Assembly: GCA_002245135.1 (NCBI GenBank)
Contig: NGBS01000879.1
Coordinates: 1 to 64,000, forward strand
DNA length: 64,000 nt
Reading direction: 5' to 3'
Source of the DNA: Proteromonas lacertae
Taxonomy: Eukaryota
In this document: piece by piece, positions 21,055 to 35,057 of the stretch
Position numbering within the stretch: position 1 is the stretch's first letter
Layout of the letters: every line of letters starts with the position of its first letter
The notes under the pieces: model-generated
Told to the model about the DNA's origin: nothing
Seen by the model: the letters and a program-made list of their open reading frames with translations, nothing else
The model's database searches: none
Program-made: the position numbers and the translations under genes

Positions 21055-24000
21055 TCATTCACTTTCAATTTCAAAAAACATTCTTTTCATGAATGGTTTT
21101 AAATGGTAATTTAATTCTTTAATCAAATCATTTTTAAACATATCACAATGCTTCATCAAATATAAAACAATTTTCTCATATAAATTTCCTGCAAAACCTC
21201 CTGTTGGATTATCAAGTAGAATGTCTATCATTATTTTACATCTGTCGTTTGAATCAATTCTCAATTTTTCACGAATTACCATATCTCTGATTGTATCAGT
21301 TATGAATTTAAGATTACCACCTTTAGTAACATCATCTTCATATGTTTCATATATAAGTATATTTTCATATTTTGTTTTTGATAAAGAAGATTTACTAATA
21401 CCTTTTAAAATATCATCAATCATTTTCTCATCCATAGTTGCTACTAGATTTTTAATTACTTTCTCATTAATTATAGAATTTCCTATTACACCTCCATAAT
21501 ATTTATAATTTGTATTATATAATTCTAAATTAGCTTTAGTATCATTTTCGTCTAATTCCCTTGATTTTTTTATAAATCTGTCATTACATTCTATTTTTCT
21601 ATCAGATTTTTTTTTTAAATATTTGAATTTATAAATACCATTGTCTTCTTTTGTAGTTAGATCTGCATCTTTCACTATTTTTACTTTCTCTACTTCTTTT
21701 TCTGTAAATGGTGGTATATACATCACCAAAGGACATCTTTTATTTTGAAAGGTTTTATACTCTGCTTTACATGGATTAGCTACGACTATTATCATTTTTG
21801 CATCGGCATAATCATCTTCTCCAATTACTCCTCCATCAGAAATTACTATATATGGATTATTATTCTTATTATTATAATAATTATCATTACTATAAGATCC
21901 TTGGCCAGAGTTATACTTATAAACTATTCGAATTTCGCTATAATGTTGATGAATATAATCTCTTATTAGATGAGCTAATACTGTTTTACCTATTTTAGAA
22001 TGACCAAATATCAAATAGTTTCTTTGATTGTCATATTTGAAACCATCTTTACAAATAATATTCAACATTTCATAGAAACATTTTCTCATTAATAAAGAAA
22101 CGTTTTGATCTACATATACTTCTATAACAGTATCTATTGCTGCTATTTCGCTTGTACTGGTTCTTGAAGTTGTTGCTTGTTGTTCTTTATCTGATGAAGG
22201 TTCAATAACAAAGTCTGTATTATATGCACATACTTCATAGTCTTTTATTACAGCATATATAAATCTACCATATTTCATTTCACTATAATCCTAGTTTATT
22301 ATAAATATTATACATTATATTTATACTTTTATAGATTTTTCAATTTTTTCTTTTTCTTCATCAAAATCATCATCATCTATTAACACTTTTATAAATATTC
22401 CATCCATTATTAAATCAAAATAGTTTTCTTCGTCCAATATGTAATAAACGCAATGTAATCCACCAACTGGATAATGAATTGACACTTGTTTTTCTGAATT
22501 TAATTTGAAACTAGAATCATTATCAATTATAGTAACTTCACCATCAGGATGTTTATATTCCAATTTCATCGTTTCAATACTTAATTCATATGTCAATATC
22601 TGTTTCATTGCAATTTTTTTCATATTTTTATCATTACCAATTGAAGTATAGTATTTTTTGATTTCAATATATTCTGGTTTATTTTTAATTGGATAGAATT
22701 TATAAACTATGTATTTTTCAACATCATCTGAAATAAATCTTAAATGTTGTTTTGGAGATAATATATTATGTTCTAAATATTTATCATACTTTTCTTCTAA
22801 ATCATATTTTAATATTATATTAGATAACTGGTCTTTCTTTAAGTAATCCTTATCCATATAATTCTGTAGAAATTCATTATATCTTATAGAACCAACTACT
22901 CCTTTGATTAATTCTGTGTAATACTCCCAATAATCTTTATTGTAATTCTTATCGTATAAATAGTGATAGTAAATCAGTCTTGGAATATTACCATATTTTT
23001 CACATATCTCTTTAAATTCATCACCATTAACATCAATACTTAAACCAATACAATACTTAAACCATTCTTTAATTTCTCTATCATCTAATGAATCAAAATA
23101 TAATTCTTTATTTTTCGTATCAATCATCGTATATCTACTATAATTATCACTATCAGGTGAACTTATTGAGATTACTTTATTATTTCTTCCTGATATATCA
23201 TTAATAGTATCAACTATTATTATCGAATCATTTATTTCACTTGGTTTAGTTGACACTATGGACAGAATACCATTTTTGAATAGATATACTTTTACTTCAT
23301 TTGCACTTCCATTTTTCTTCCCTTTCACTATATATATATCTTTTAGTTCTTTCTTCAGTTTTTCAGTATCATCAACGCTTTTTGTCCATGTATGTAAAAA
23401 ATAATAATTGAATCCTTTTAATCCTGCAACTTTATCATCATACTTTTTACATCTTTTAAAACCTTTTATATCTTCTTTCATCATTTCTAAAGATTTTTTC
23501 ATTTTTTTAATATCATCATTTATTGATTTTTTATTTCCTTTAGCATTTAATTCTTTCATTTGTTGCCCTATATTTCTACTCTCCTTCAATAATTCTCTTT
23601 TATAAAAATATTCATCTTCACCATCATCAAAATCTATTGGTAAATTCTTTATGAAATACAATAGAACATAGATAAATGACGTTTTACCTATACCAGGTTG
23701 ACCTGTAATGACTATATAGTCATTACAATACATACTTCTGCAAATATCTCTAAACATCTCTTCATAACACTCTCGCATATAAATTTTTCTTTGCGGAAAT
23801 TGAAACACATTCACTTTATCACTAAATTTTAAACATTTATCATCATCACATAAACTCAAACTATTAACAACTTCTACAAAATAATCAATTAAATTCACAT
23901 TTTCTTCTTCCGTTGTTTTAGTCTTTGATTTTTTGTTTTTAACACCAACATCAGTTATTGCTTTCCTCACAGTAATATCTTCTTTTCTCTCTTCAATTTT

Positions 24001-24462
24001 TTCAATTTCATCACCTTTCTTAAATAAAACAAATAGTGGATAAATTGCTTTATCACTTTCTTGATTAATTGGTATTGTTTCTTCATTAAGTGACTTTGAT
24101 TTTCCATTAACTGACATTGTTCTTTCTTTTAAATTGTATCTAATCTCATAAACTTTATCTTTTCCTAAATCTTTGTCTACAACTACCACTATGTTTTCTT
24201 CATTTATAAGTAATGGCTCTTTCGTTATTATTATCACTTTATCACCATCTTCTTCATTGATATACCTTGAATATCCTATACCCAATTTTTTAATTTCACT
24301 ATTAATTTGAATTTTCATTACATAAATCCCATTTATAAGCTTTTTGGGGTAAATACCTATTTTCGGATCAATACTCATATTGATAAACTTAGCTTCTCTA
24401 ATCAGCAACACTGAAGGATGTACTGATTTAATCTTACTCAAAGATTTTAAAATATCCCTCAT
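21055..24462 (-). CDS. Crinkler/RHS-type protein with two tandem P-loop NTPase modules (second followed by a possible truncated REase)
   Basis: GQPGIGKT...IIIVD...ISSP and GHSKIGKT...VISD...VANP...YIPPF...YGGV...GNLYEKIV. The two ORFs join by a phase-0 36-nt intron at 22291-22326 (GTATAA...CTAG); a further upstream exon is likely. Confidence 0.7.
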
Positions 24463-25040
24463 TTATCTAATTCATAATAATTAATAGTAATAAATACCTT
24501 TGTTGGACTAATAACAGAAAAAAACGAATGAAGAATCAAATTCTATTTTATTTGCATTTCGTTTTTTTAGTGATGTAGAAGAGATATAACATCCTAATTT
24601 CATGAATAGACTTAGATTATTACATATTTTCATTTCTTATGTTATTTAACAATGCAATAGAATTTAGAGTGATTTAGTTAAATACTCCTGATGAATGATA
24701 AATATATGAATGAATAATTGTAATTATATCTTATATTCCATAATATATTTATTTTATGACTAGCTAACCTTTAGTTATAAATGTACTTATAATGTAATAA
24801 GAAACGACGTCTACCTTCTTATAATTCACAATAACATAACTTTGTATTATTTATATTTCTGAATCTTAGGGAAAAGAATAGTTGTTTCACATCATCTAAC
24901 ATTCCGCTGATAGTAACATATGTTTAGTTTAGAGGGAATATACACACGAACAATTGATTAAAAAAGTAAAATAAATAAATTTACATGAAAATACACAACA
25001 TCTAAAAGAATATGTTTTTTTTCTCAAACTACACTTCAAT

Positions 25041-26321
25041 CTACATCTCAAATTTAGATGTAAAATAATGAACATCACCTTTCGAAGTTAATTGTGGTTT
25101 AATTGGAGGTTTTTTATTCGGCAAGTCATTCCAATTAACACCATTGAAATATTGATGTGCTTGTATCCGTTCACCAACCCTCAGTCTCTTTTCATAATCT
25201 TTCTCAAGTAATGCTGCAATTAATAATTTCGCTGATTTGTTAAAAGCCATAGACATTGGGAATTTAACTTGTTGGTTTAATATATTATTGATTAATTTCG
25301 CATTTCTGGATTGTGCATTATCTTTATCACTAAATCCTTCTCTAAACGGCAATTCACCTGTATATAGTTGATACATTACACATCCAAACGCCCACCAATC
25401 TACACTTTCACCATCACATTCTTTTTTCTATATAAAAGTAAATAATTAAATAATTAATATAAATACTTGAATGATTTCTGGTGAAAAATAACTCCATGTT
25501 CCACTTCGTGTATAAACTGCTTTGTTTGGTTCATAGATACTACTAACACCAAAATCACATATCTTAAGATGACCACTATGGTCCATTAGAATATTCTCCG
25601 GTTTTAAATCACTATAAACGTAACCTTGTAAATGTATATATTGCATTGCTGATAATATCTCAGACATATAAAATTTAATTGCATCTGAAGGGAATTTACC
25701 TACGTTTAACCAACTAATAAACAAAATTGAACACAATTTATACTTTCTGAAGTTACCACCTGGACAATATTGCATTAAAATGTATACTTCATCATTCTCT
25801 TCTTTATAGGCGAATAATGGAACGATAAATGGATGATGCATCTTTGATTGAATTCTCATTTCTTTAATATCTTTATCTTTGTATTTCTATATAGAAAAAA
25901 TATATATTTACAGTACAATACTTCTTTTCGAATAACTTTTAAAGCAAAAAAAAGTTTATAGTTTGATTTTATCATACAAGTGTGTATTCTTCCGAAGCCA
26001 CCCTATTAAAATATATATCACTATATACTTTAGAAATAACTTTTCCTATTACAAATTGATTAATATCGAGTGGTCCGCTAATTCTTATATTCTGTGTAGT
26101 TCCTACCCAACAGTTGGGGTCGAAATTATCTGTAATGGTAAATCTCATTTTACCTTCGTTATCATCTCTCTCCCCTTCTCGTTGACCATGTACATCAGCA
26201 ACGGAAGTTGCCGTCTGCCCAGGTTGATTTGTGTTGTAGTCCCACGGGATTATCTCCTATGTATAGCATGGAAGTGAAGTAATACTTTCTCACCTCTAGA
26301 AACTGAAAAACAACCTCCCAT
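25041..26321 (-). CDS. AGC-family Ser/Thr kinase (PKA/RSK-like), multi-exon
   Basis: HPFIV, DLKPEN, DFG, GTWSYFSPE, DWWAFG, PPIKP; N-terminal MGGCFS suggests acylation. Confidence 0.9.
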
Positions 26322-26483
26322 CCGTTTTTAATATTTGATTATGGTTTGAAGAAACGAAAAGATTTTAAACAATTAAATCAACCTTATTCTAAATTATTAT
26401 TTATATTAATGAGTTTAAAAACTATCAAATCAACTTATAAAACTAATGAAAAACTTATACTGTTTAGTATTATACATTATTGT

Positions 26484-27710
26484 CTAAAAGTTGTAGTTTT
26501 GATACTTATTAACAGGTCCATCTACAATTTTTCTAGCTCTGTGGAGAAACATACTGTATGAAAGAATATTATTCTCAATATGTTCAGTATAAGTTCTAGG
26601 AGTTAATTCAGGCATATCTAACTTCTTCCAATCTCCAGGCTCAGGCTTTGTACCTAATATAACAGGAAATACAAACATTCCAAGTATATCTTTCATCATT
26701 GGAATGAATAATTTGTTTTCAACAATAGATCCAATATTCTCTAACCCTGGATTTCTATTAGCTTCAATTAACCATAACTATATAATTAATATATATATAT
26801 AACAATAGAAAATACTATTTTTTGATCATCATACACAAAATCAAACCCTAGCATTTCAAAATGATTAGGATTCAATTGATAATGTGCATAGAACTCCAAT
26901 TTGCATATCAATTCCCTCAATATTTCCTCAATTTTTGGCCAAATCTCATTAAATAACGGCCAATTATCTTCCCTTGCTACTTGTTGTTCTCCTAATTTCT
27001 CAAACATCTTTTTAAAACCAGGTACAGTCTGTGAAACACAATAATTCGTAATATGATGAGTTAAATCACACGATGAAGTTGTGAATGGAACAACACAACG
27101 ACGAGGTAGTATTTTGCGATAAATATATACACTAAAATCAGCTTTAATAACTACATAAACTCTAAGATCATATTTTAGACCATCCCATAAATCAGGATTC
27201 TCTATATACTTCTGTATGACATATATATCATTTGATTTCTTTAATTCATTTAGTACTGGTTGTGGATCTTTATCCGGGCGAAAGACTATTTTATCAAGAC
27301 CATTTTGAGCTAGTATTGGCTTACATATCCACATCCCTTTTTCTTTTAATACAGCTTTCATTCTAGGATGATCTACTCCTTTCACTACATAAGTTGGTAA
27401 TACACCAATTTTCAATTCTAGTTAAAAATGATAATAATTATGATTTACTTTGTTGTAAATAAGCTAAAGATGATTTATTTTGTATTGGATCCAAACCAGA
27501 TATACGATTCAATACTTTGGCATGTTTGTGTATTTCTCTGAAATGATAAGAAGCAGTCTCCCAAACAAAATCAATCTCTTTACAATCTGGTGTTGCAATT
27601 TCCCATCCTGTTTGCTTCATTAAATCCTTCAACCTGCCCACAGATACATTTCCAGTAACTCTATATCTAAACGGTCTTTCTATCTTCTCTTTCTCTTCAG
27701 AATTTGACAT
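26484..27710 (-). CDS. Tubulin-tyrosine ligase-like protein, multi-exon
   Basis: WICKP, VIQKYIENP, KYDLRVYV, HITN, FEMLGFDF, and LIEANRNP in the next exon. Confidence 0.9.
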
Positions 27711-27767
27711 TTTTAGAATCACTAAGCTTGAAGGCTTGAATCATCATCTTTTTGAATTTTTGTCTAA

Positions 27768-28833
27768 ATGAAGCTTGTTCTGTTATTTGTAGTAGTTGTT
27801 CTTGGAGTTTATGCTCAAAGTCCATCAAAACTTGCATATAAAGAGTTGACTGATGAAACTTTCGAAAATGCAACAAGAAAAGCTGCTGTGTTGATATTTT
27901 ACAATCCGTATTAATATATAGAAATGCATTATTAATATATCAAATAGATGGAGTTCTGCTTACAAGAGAATAATCACTGATGTAAACCGTCTTGCTGAAA
28001 AAATAGGTGATCAAGTTACAGTAGGGATGATTGATGTTCAAAGAAACAAGAAATTAGCCAAAATCTTCGTTTTAAGCGATTTGCCACACGTTATAATCAA
28101 GAAGGAAGATAATATTATATTACAATATGATGGTCCATTTGATTATGATAAAGTACTTGATTTATTGTATCGTGAAGAAATATACAAGGAGAAAACACCA
28201 GAAGTTACATTAATCTCAATGAGAGGCAAATCAGAAGAAAGTGACTGTGTAAGAATGTTATTAAATATCTTAGAAATACAGTATAAAGATCAACTTCTAT
28301 CAAACGAAGAAGAATGGAATCAATTGAAAGAAAAATACACAAATGAAGGGCATACAATCTATTATGATACATTACCATTATTAATTTACAATCAAGAGAG
28401 TTATATCCAAGAGCAATTTTCTATATTGAAATTTATAGGTAAAAAATACAGATTATATGGTTTGAATGAAGTAGAAATTACCAATTTTGATCAATTTATA
28501 GAATATACAACGAAAGTATTAAACAGTTATGAATCAATCTCATTACACCAAGGTCAAGGTTCAGAAACAATGATTAAATCATATGTTGATAAAACATTAA
28601 GCAGTTATCTAAAAATATCTGAAAAGTTGGTAGAAAATTCAAAGAATTTACATGTGAATGCTGATAGTTCCAATATTTGTGATATTATATTGTATTATAT
28701 GTTACATATTAATATGAAATATATTAAAGTTGGTGAAGAAGATATGTTACAATGGTATCCACGATTACAAAAGTTTGTTGTTAGAATGGAAGCTATTCCT
28801 GCTTTAAAGAAATTAATATCAAAAAGAAGATAA
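27768..28833 (+). CDS. Signal peptide + CxxC-less thioredoxin/PDI-like domain + glutathione S-transferase fusion
   Basis: MKLVLLFVVVVLGVYA; ELTDETFE...IFYNP-W-SSAY across a short intron; GST motifs RGKSEE..RMLL, TLPLL, SILKFIGKKYRLYG, YPRLQKFV. Confidence 0.75.
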
Positions 28834-28984
28834 ATTGAAAAAGAAAATGTGTTGCTATGTTTTTGTTATATTTCTCATTTTGTGTTTTTCATTATATTTA
28901 TCACAACAACAATAATAATAATAATATTTCATAATAATAATAACTATTTTAACACTTTTTTGTTTTAAAAGGTAATTAATTAAC

Positions 28985-30233
28985 TCAAATGTCCAAAAAT
29001 GATGTTTCATGTTCATAAGTGGAAAAGATTGAAAGTAACTGTTTAACAAATTCAAATGACATTTCACAGCAACTAGGAGAAGAAATTAAATTGAATTGTT
29101 TGTATATATTACTAGTCATAATTTCTTCAATCTTCTTAATTGGTATATTCTTACTAAATAACCATTCTACAGGGACTTTATTATTTATTACTGTAGTAGT
29201 AGTAGCAGCAGTAGAAGAAGAAGAAGATGATGATGATGATGAAGGTGAAGATGTTGATGATAATGGAGAAGCTGTAGAATCTGTTTGATCTTTATTGTTA
29301 TTTCGATATTCAAGTCGATTATTTGGACGGTTTGTCATTCGAGCCATTCCACATAAGCAATCTTCACCATTTACACTATTAAAAATAAGATATATATATA
29401 TATATATACTGATAAAACAAATAGATTGGTCCTCTTTCTCCTATCCTTTTAAATGCATCTTCCAATATATGTAAATCAGATTGAGAATTAACTACCCAAG
29501 TTTTATTATTGAAACTATTGATTATAGTAGCTATATCTGGGACATGTATTATAAATCCTTTTACGACTGTTGGATTTAAAGGAATGTCTTTTTGATTGTA
29601 ATCTCGAGGATTGAATTCATTAATACCTTGTAAGTTAACTATATTAAATATATAATTCATTTTTATACGTTTTTTAATAGGATGGGTTGAACCACTAGAT
29701 GGAGTAGATGGTTTTAATCTTGGTGTTGATTTATTATTCTCAAAACTATAACGCCTTGAGTGAGGAGAAGGATTTAATGAATTTGTTGCACTGTCGTAGT
29801 CATAAGACGGTTCAAAATAGTCATATGGTAGCATGTAAGAAATAAATGGTTGCTGCATAACAGGAGCAGATTCTGGAGGAAGAGTTGGTGTTGATGTTGA
29901 TTCACCGCGTCCTGGATCATAACCATCATCTGTCTGTGGAGGTGGCATAGGCTGAGGTACAGGGTACATCATTGGTGGTATTCCTTCTGGGTAATAAGGG
30001 AAGTAAGGGTAATTAGTCATTATTGGATAGTATGCAGGATCATATTCTTGGTATGGATAATAGTTGTTTTGTACTTCAGAAGTATCTGTTTGGACTAATT
30101 TAATAATTAATAAAAAGCATATACCAGTATTAGTTGTCACAGCTACATCTGTTTTCGTTTCTCCTGTATCTTTAGCTATCATAAACAATAGATATGCAAA
30201 AAAATAGTGTATACGAGACGACTCACTGGACAT
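28985..30233 (-). CDS. YTH-domain protein with Pro/Tyr-rich N-terminus, multi-exon
   Basis: FII...SFNNKTW...LEDAF...PIYLFY...CGMARM...VEWL...CCEM. Confidence 0.75.
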
Positions 30234-30478
30234 AGCTCATAAACTAAATAAATAAAATTTGTTGGATATAAAGAAAGAAACGACTTTATTTTTATTATTC
30301 TTTATAGTATCATATATATCCACTTATAAAAACAAATCATAGAATATTCATGCTATTATATATTTTTTATTTATAAAAAGGAAATTATTTATAGAGTATT
30401 AATTAAATCATTAATACATAGATGGAATTGTGAATTATAGCTTTATAATAAACTATAAAATCATTCCATTAAGATTGA

Positions 30479-31190
30479 TCACTCTTTTGGAAGTTGAGAT
30501 AATGATGATAAGAAGTCTATTTTCTTAGGTTGATAAATTGATCTTTTATACTTTGCACATCTTTGACATGTATGCAGTTGTTTACCATCCTTCCTCATAG
30601 CTCGTCGTGTATGACAGGTGGAACACAGTATTGAGTATCTCTCTGTATACATTTTTACTCTTTCACTTCTTAATGATTTTCCTCTTAATTGTTCATATTG
30701 CCTCTTCTTTTTTAAACAGGTTGTACACGTTTTTAATAGTTTATTACCTTTCATAGACACATTCTCTTTCTTACAATATTTACACAACACATTTGGCACT
30801 TCCACTCTCTTTGAATCTTGATTTTCAGATGGTGACTTTTCATTACATGAATCAAAAGTTGCTGTAGATGAGAAATTATCATCTACATTATTGAATAACA
30901 TCTTGATCGGTTTGGTAGAAGGCAAACAAGCTTGATCACTATTTCCATTTGGAAGATTAAGAAAAAATTTGGAATTAGGTAACTAGTTAATCATATATAA
31001 GTAGCTAAAAATATACGCTTTCATGACATTTTATGGTTGATAGAAAAGATGATGGAATTACAGTACTATACGGAGAGATTATTGGAGTTTCCTTATGTGA
31101 TGGTTTGTATGGTTTAAAAGCGGATTTTGTAGGAATTTGTGCTAATAATATATTAATGATGATATAATATACTATTTGCGATACAGTCAT
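30479..31190 (-). CDS. Cys-rich basic protein with two CxxC...KTCxxC zinc-binding modules, multi-exon
   Basis: CKYC...KTCTTC and CSTC...HTCQRC; paralogue at 32477. Confidence 0.65.
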
Positions 31191-32476
31191 TAAAATGATC
31201 TTGTTTCATTTGGGCAGAAGGTTAGTTATAAAGACAATCTGAGTAAGCATTTACTAATAAATAATTGCACAGAGTTTCCAAGCTTATACAATGGCTGTAT
31301 AGTGTAATATAGGTTAATTAAAAAAAATAACAACAACCAATAATTTTTGATTAAAATCCATTTATCCTATAAGTTGAAGCGGTTGAGTAGAGTTAGCTTG
31401 AATTAATTAATAAAACTTCATGTATTTTTTGTTTTTCGCATTTTTTTCATTATACTATACTCATAAACCCTCAAAAAACATGATTTAAGACTGAAAATTT
31501 TACCGTAGGTTTGTATATACACTTAACATAACACATTCTTTGTCACACTAGTGAGAAAGGTTTAATAACATATTACGTAAAAGTTAAATATTTGCTATAA
31601 TGAGTAGGTTATACACAGAAATATAATCATAATACTTATATCTCATGCAGATGTATAACATTTTATAGTTTATAATAAGCTAGTCATTCAATGATGGCTG
31701 AAATTGCAGTAACTGTGGTGACAAACTATAATTATTAGAGATATTTTTATCAATATAAACTGTATTTTGGATTGCATTTCCTGATATAGTATTTCTGTAC
31801 TTGTTAACAAAAACCACTATTGCTTGAATTTGTACGATAGGCACACTACCTGTAACTGGCATATTATATCATTTTCATATTTATACTATTAGATGAATAT
31901 AGTTAAATATACTATATCTATATTAAAAACATCAAAATCAATTGTTACCACTAATCATAACTCATAAAATTATTGTAAAATAACGGAAAATATTATCATC
32001 TAAGTATCTGAATTAATATATTACACCAACTATACTTAATTAAAGTCACATTATTTAGATTACAATTATTTTTAAATAAATTACGCATCTTCTGTGTAGA
32101 TAAAAATCAAGATCTAAAATAAATTTCATCTAAGGGTATATGTGACAAGGAAATCACAACAAGATTATAAAAGCTTGTCCTGTAATCTACAGCATCTAAG
32201 ATCTCATAAATCTCCTGCAGAAGATATATGGTGTAGTTTTTCTATTCTACATTTCCAGTTAGTTCTAGTAGTTTAAAGCTTTATCCTAAAATAGTAATAA
32301 TGAAAATAAAGCCGTTTCAACAGAAGAGGAATTGTTTATAATCTATGAAATATTTAAGCATATTATCTTAATTTGAATAGTTATTATGCAACATAGTATA
32401 TTTTAACTCAATACTTTAGTATATAATCGTAATTAGTCAATTATTCAGTCTACTCTAAAAAAACACTTATTCATAG

Positions 32477-33042
32477 TTACAGTGCTTTATGTACTGCACT
32501 TGTATCACTTCCATTAATTGCTGCTGCAGCTCTTTCCTCACAAATTCTTTTTTCCCTTTCTTCCTTCTTCTTTCTCAAGCAATCTTCACATGTTTTGTAT
32601 TTCTTCCCATTTTTAACGCAAGCTCTTTTTAAACTACATGTAGAACATATTCTATTATTTCTTTGACTTACAAATCTTTTTTTCTTAGGTTTGGCTACTT
32701 CATTTTGCATTATTCTACTAATTTCTTGGTTAAAACAACTTTCGCACACTAGACCTACTAATCTATATTCTCTACTCGCTTCATCACTGAAACATTTTTG
32801 ACATAATGGAAGAGGTGGAAAGGATCGACCAAATCCTCTTCTTTTTATTATAGGAATAGCTTTATCGAAGGATATTGTATATAATTCACTAGATCCTGGC
32901 AAATAGAATAATGGTGCTGGTATTAAAACTGTCCAATCATTTCTGTTAATTACGCTGTTTATACAATCAGTCTAACACATAGAAGTTTTAATTATACACT
33001 AAAATTTTGACGATTACTACAAGGTACAAATCCTGTATTCAT
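32477..33042 (-). CDS. Paralogous Cys-rich basic zinc-binding protein, multi-exon
   Basis: CQKC...CESC and CSTC...GKKYKTCEDC. Confidence 0.65.
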
Positions 33043-33447
33043 TTGTATAGATGATTAACTTTAGAAAATTATAAAGCAAGAAACGATACCAAAATAAAGC
33101 CGTAAACTTATGAAAATATAAATTTAATCGACTAACCAATCACTACTGATTTAAGTTATAACTCGTTATTGATTTAAGATTTCTTCTTTTTATATTGATA
33201 ATACAGCAGAGGCGAAGGCCGATTAGTGACTCCTGCTTGCATTTAGTAGTGATAGAAGAGAATTCAAAGGGTAATATGAATATGAGCTAATAATATATCA
33301 TCGTATCTACCTCGGAAGTGAAGCCATACAACTCACAGAATATAGAATAATAATAGTTTACTTACTATTAATCGAAACTAAAAAACAATTAAAATCTCAC
33401 CCTCAAAACAAAAATTAACTTCAACATTTATTATTATTGAATTATGT

Positions 33448-34556
33448 CTAATTTAACCAATCCTTATAACCTTCTTTGGTCAATTCTTCCTTCATTTTCT
33501 CAAACATATCATCTGGTAATGGCTCATATGGAAGTCTTGGTGGACCTAAATCAATACCCATTGTCCAAGATGCTAAATATTTATTAGGGTAATAGTTAGT
33601 TCCTGAGTATTTTGAGAAAATTCTAACAAATTTTTGACTTCTATATTGATTTAATCTAACAAGATCATGTTTGTTTTGAGTATAGTTACCAATGATGTAA
33701 TTATAAATTTGTGGAGCATAGTTATAGGTTGAACCAACACCACCATCTACACCCATAAATAAGGCTGAATCATATTGTTCATCTCTTCCATATAAGATTG
33801 ATACTCCTTTACCTTTCTCTTTTACAATTTGTTGCATTTCAGTAATATCATCCAATAATACGTCAGTGAATTTAATACCTGCAAATGTTGGAATTTCATC
33901 ATATGCTCTTAACATAAAGTCAGGCATCTTTAAAGCAACTCCTGTCATTGATGGTAAATGATAATATAAGAAATCTAATTTTGGAGCACCAGCTGCAATG
34001 TATTTCATTTCTTGAACTAGTACATCAAGTGTGGCTGGCTTGAAAAAGACTGTTGGCATTGCACCAATAGCATCTGCTCCAATTGATTGAGCATGTTCTG
34101 CTAACTCTCTGGCTTCTTTAAGTGAATCACACTATAGAAGGTATATATGATGATTTATAATATACACCACAGTGGATAATAACTTTAATTCCCTTCTGGT
34201 GACCTACTTTTACCCATTCTTCAGCTTGTTTCTTTCGTTCTTCTAAAGTCATGATCAATGATTCTCCCTATTGCATTGGTATATAAAAAATAAAAGTATA
34301 CAGTTGTTCCACCAACGAAAATTGTGGTTACATTATACTTAACAAGATAATCAGCGTATGCAGGAAGAACTGATAGATTCAATTTACCATCCTAATCATA
34401 ATGCATAAATAAATATATTTAATACCTTATCAAATGGAGTAAATGTAGCTGCTATTAAGCCAGTCCATTTTGGCCCTTCACACAAACATATACCTATAGA
34501 GTAGTCTCATAGAATTTTATACCACAAACTAAAGCAAAAATGAATATTGCTTTCAT
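33448..34556 (-). CDS. nanA: N-acetylneuraminate lyase-like (DHDPS/NanA family) with signal peptide, 5 exons
   Basis: Spliced: MKAIFIFALVCGICLC-EGPKWTGLIAATFTPF...GGTTGES...YYHLPSMTGV...GIKFTD...GRDE...GVGSTYN...GPPRLP. Confidence 0.85.
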
Positions 34557-34684
34557 TCTAAAAACCAATCTAAAATAAAGATTATTAAGCTTGGCTTGAT
34601 TATTCAAAACAATCTATTGGTTAATTCTATTTTTTTAGATTTTTGGATTAATGAGATGTTATTTTTAAACAAAAACATATAAAA

Positions 34685-35011
34685 CTATATCATTTCAATC
34701 TTCATTAACTGTATTGATGAACCTTTTTCTAGAATATCAACAAATGGGTACAATGGTTTTTTAATATCATGGAATAAAGGATATTCTTTATCTGGATGAG
34801 ATTCTTCAACTACACTGATAGTGCATTTGTCCATATTATAGATCATTATGAAAGAACCTCCTAGTTTGTTTTTTATTGGAATATCTTTTATATCGCATGA
34901 GTTTTCCCCAAATACGTTAACATTTAAAGTCTGAAATGTAAAAACTGTATGAATCGTGTTTGTAGTAGTATACTCAAACCCAATGTTTGTTATAAATTTT
35001 ACAAAAAACAT
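34685..35011 (-). CDS. Hypothetical protein
   Basis: 108-aa ORF only; no recognised motif. Confidence 0.35.
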   Translation of the reverse strand: MFFVKFITNIGFEYTTTNTIHTVFTFQTLNVNVFGENSCDIKDIPIKNKLGGSFIMIYNMDKCTISVVEESHPDKEYPLFHDIKKPLYPFVDILEKGSSIQLMKIEMI

Positions 35012-35057
35012 CTAAAAAATGAAAATCACTTATATAAATGATAGTTTGTTATTTAAT

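Noticed and set aside
31680..32270. Short coding-like pieces between the zinc-finger paralogues
   Set aside because: Too short and interrupted to assign.
33205..33335. GC-richer intergenic stretch as a possible ncRNA
   Set aside because: No recognisable tRNA, snRNA or snoRNA motifs by eye; an Rfam/Infernal search is needed.
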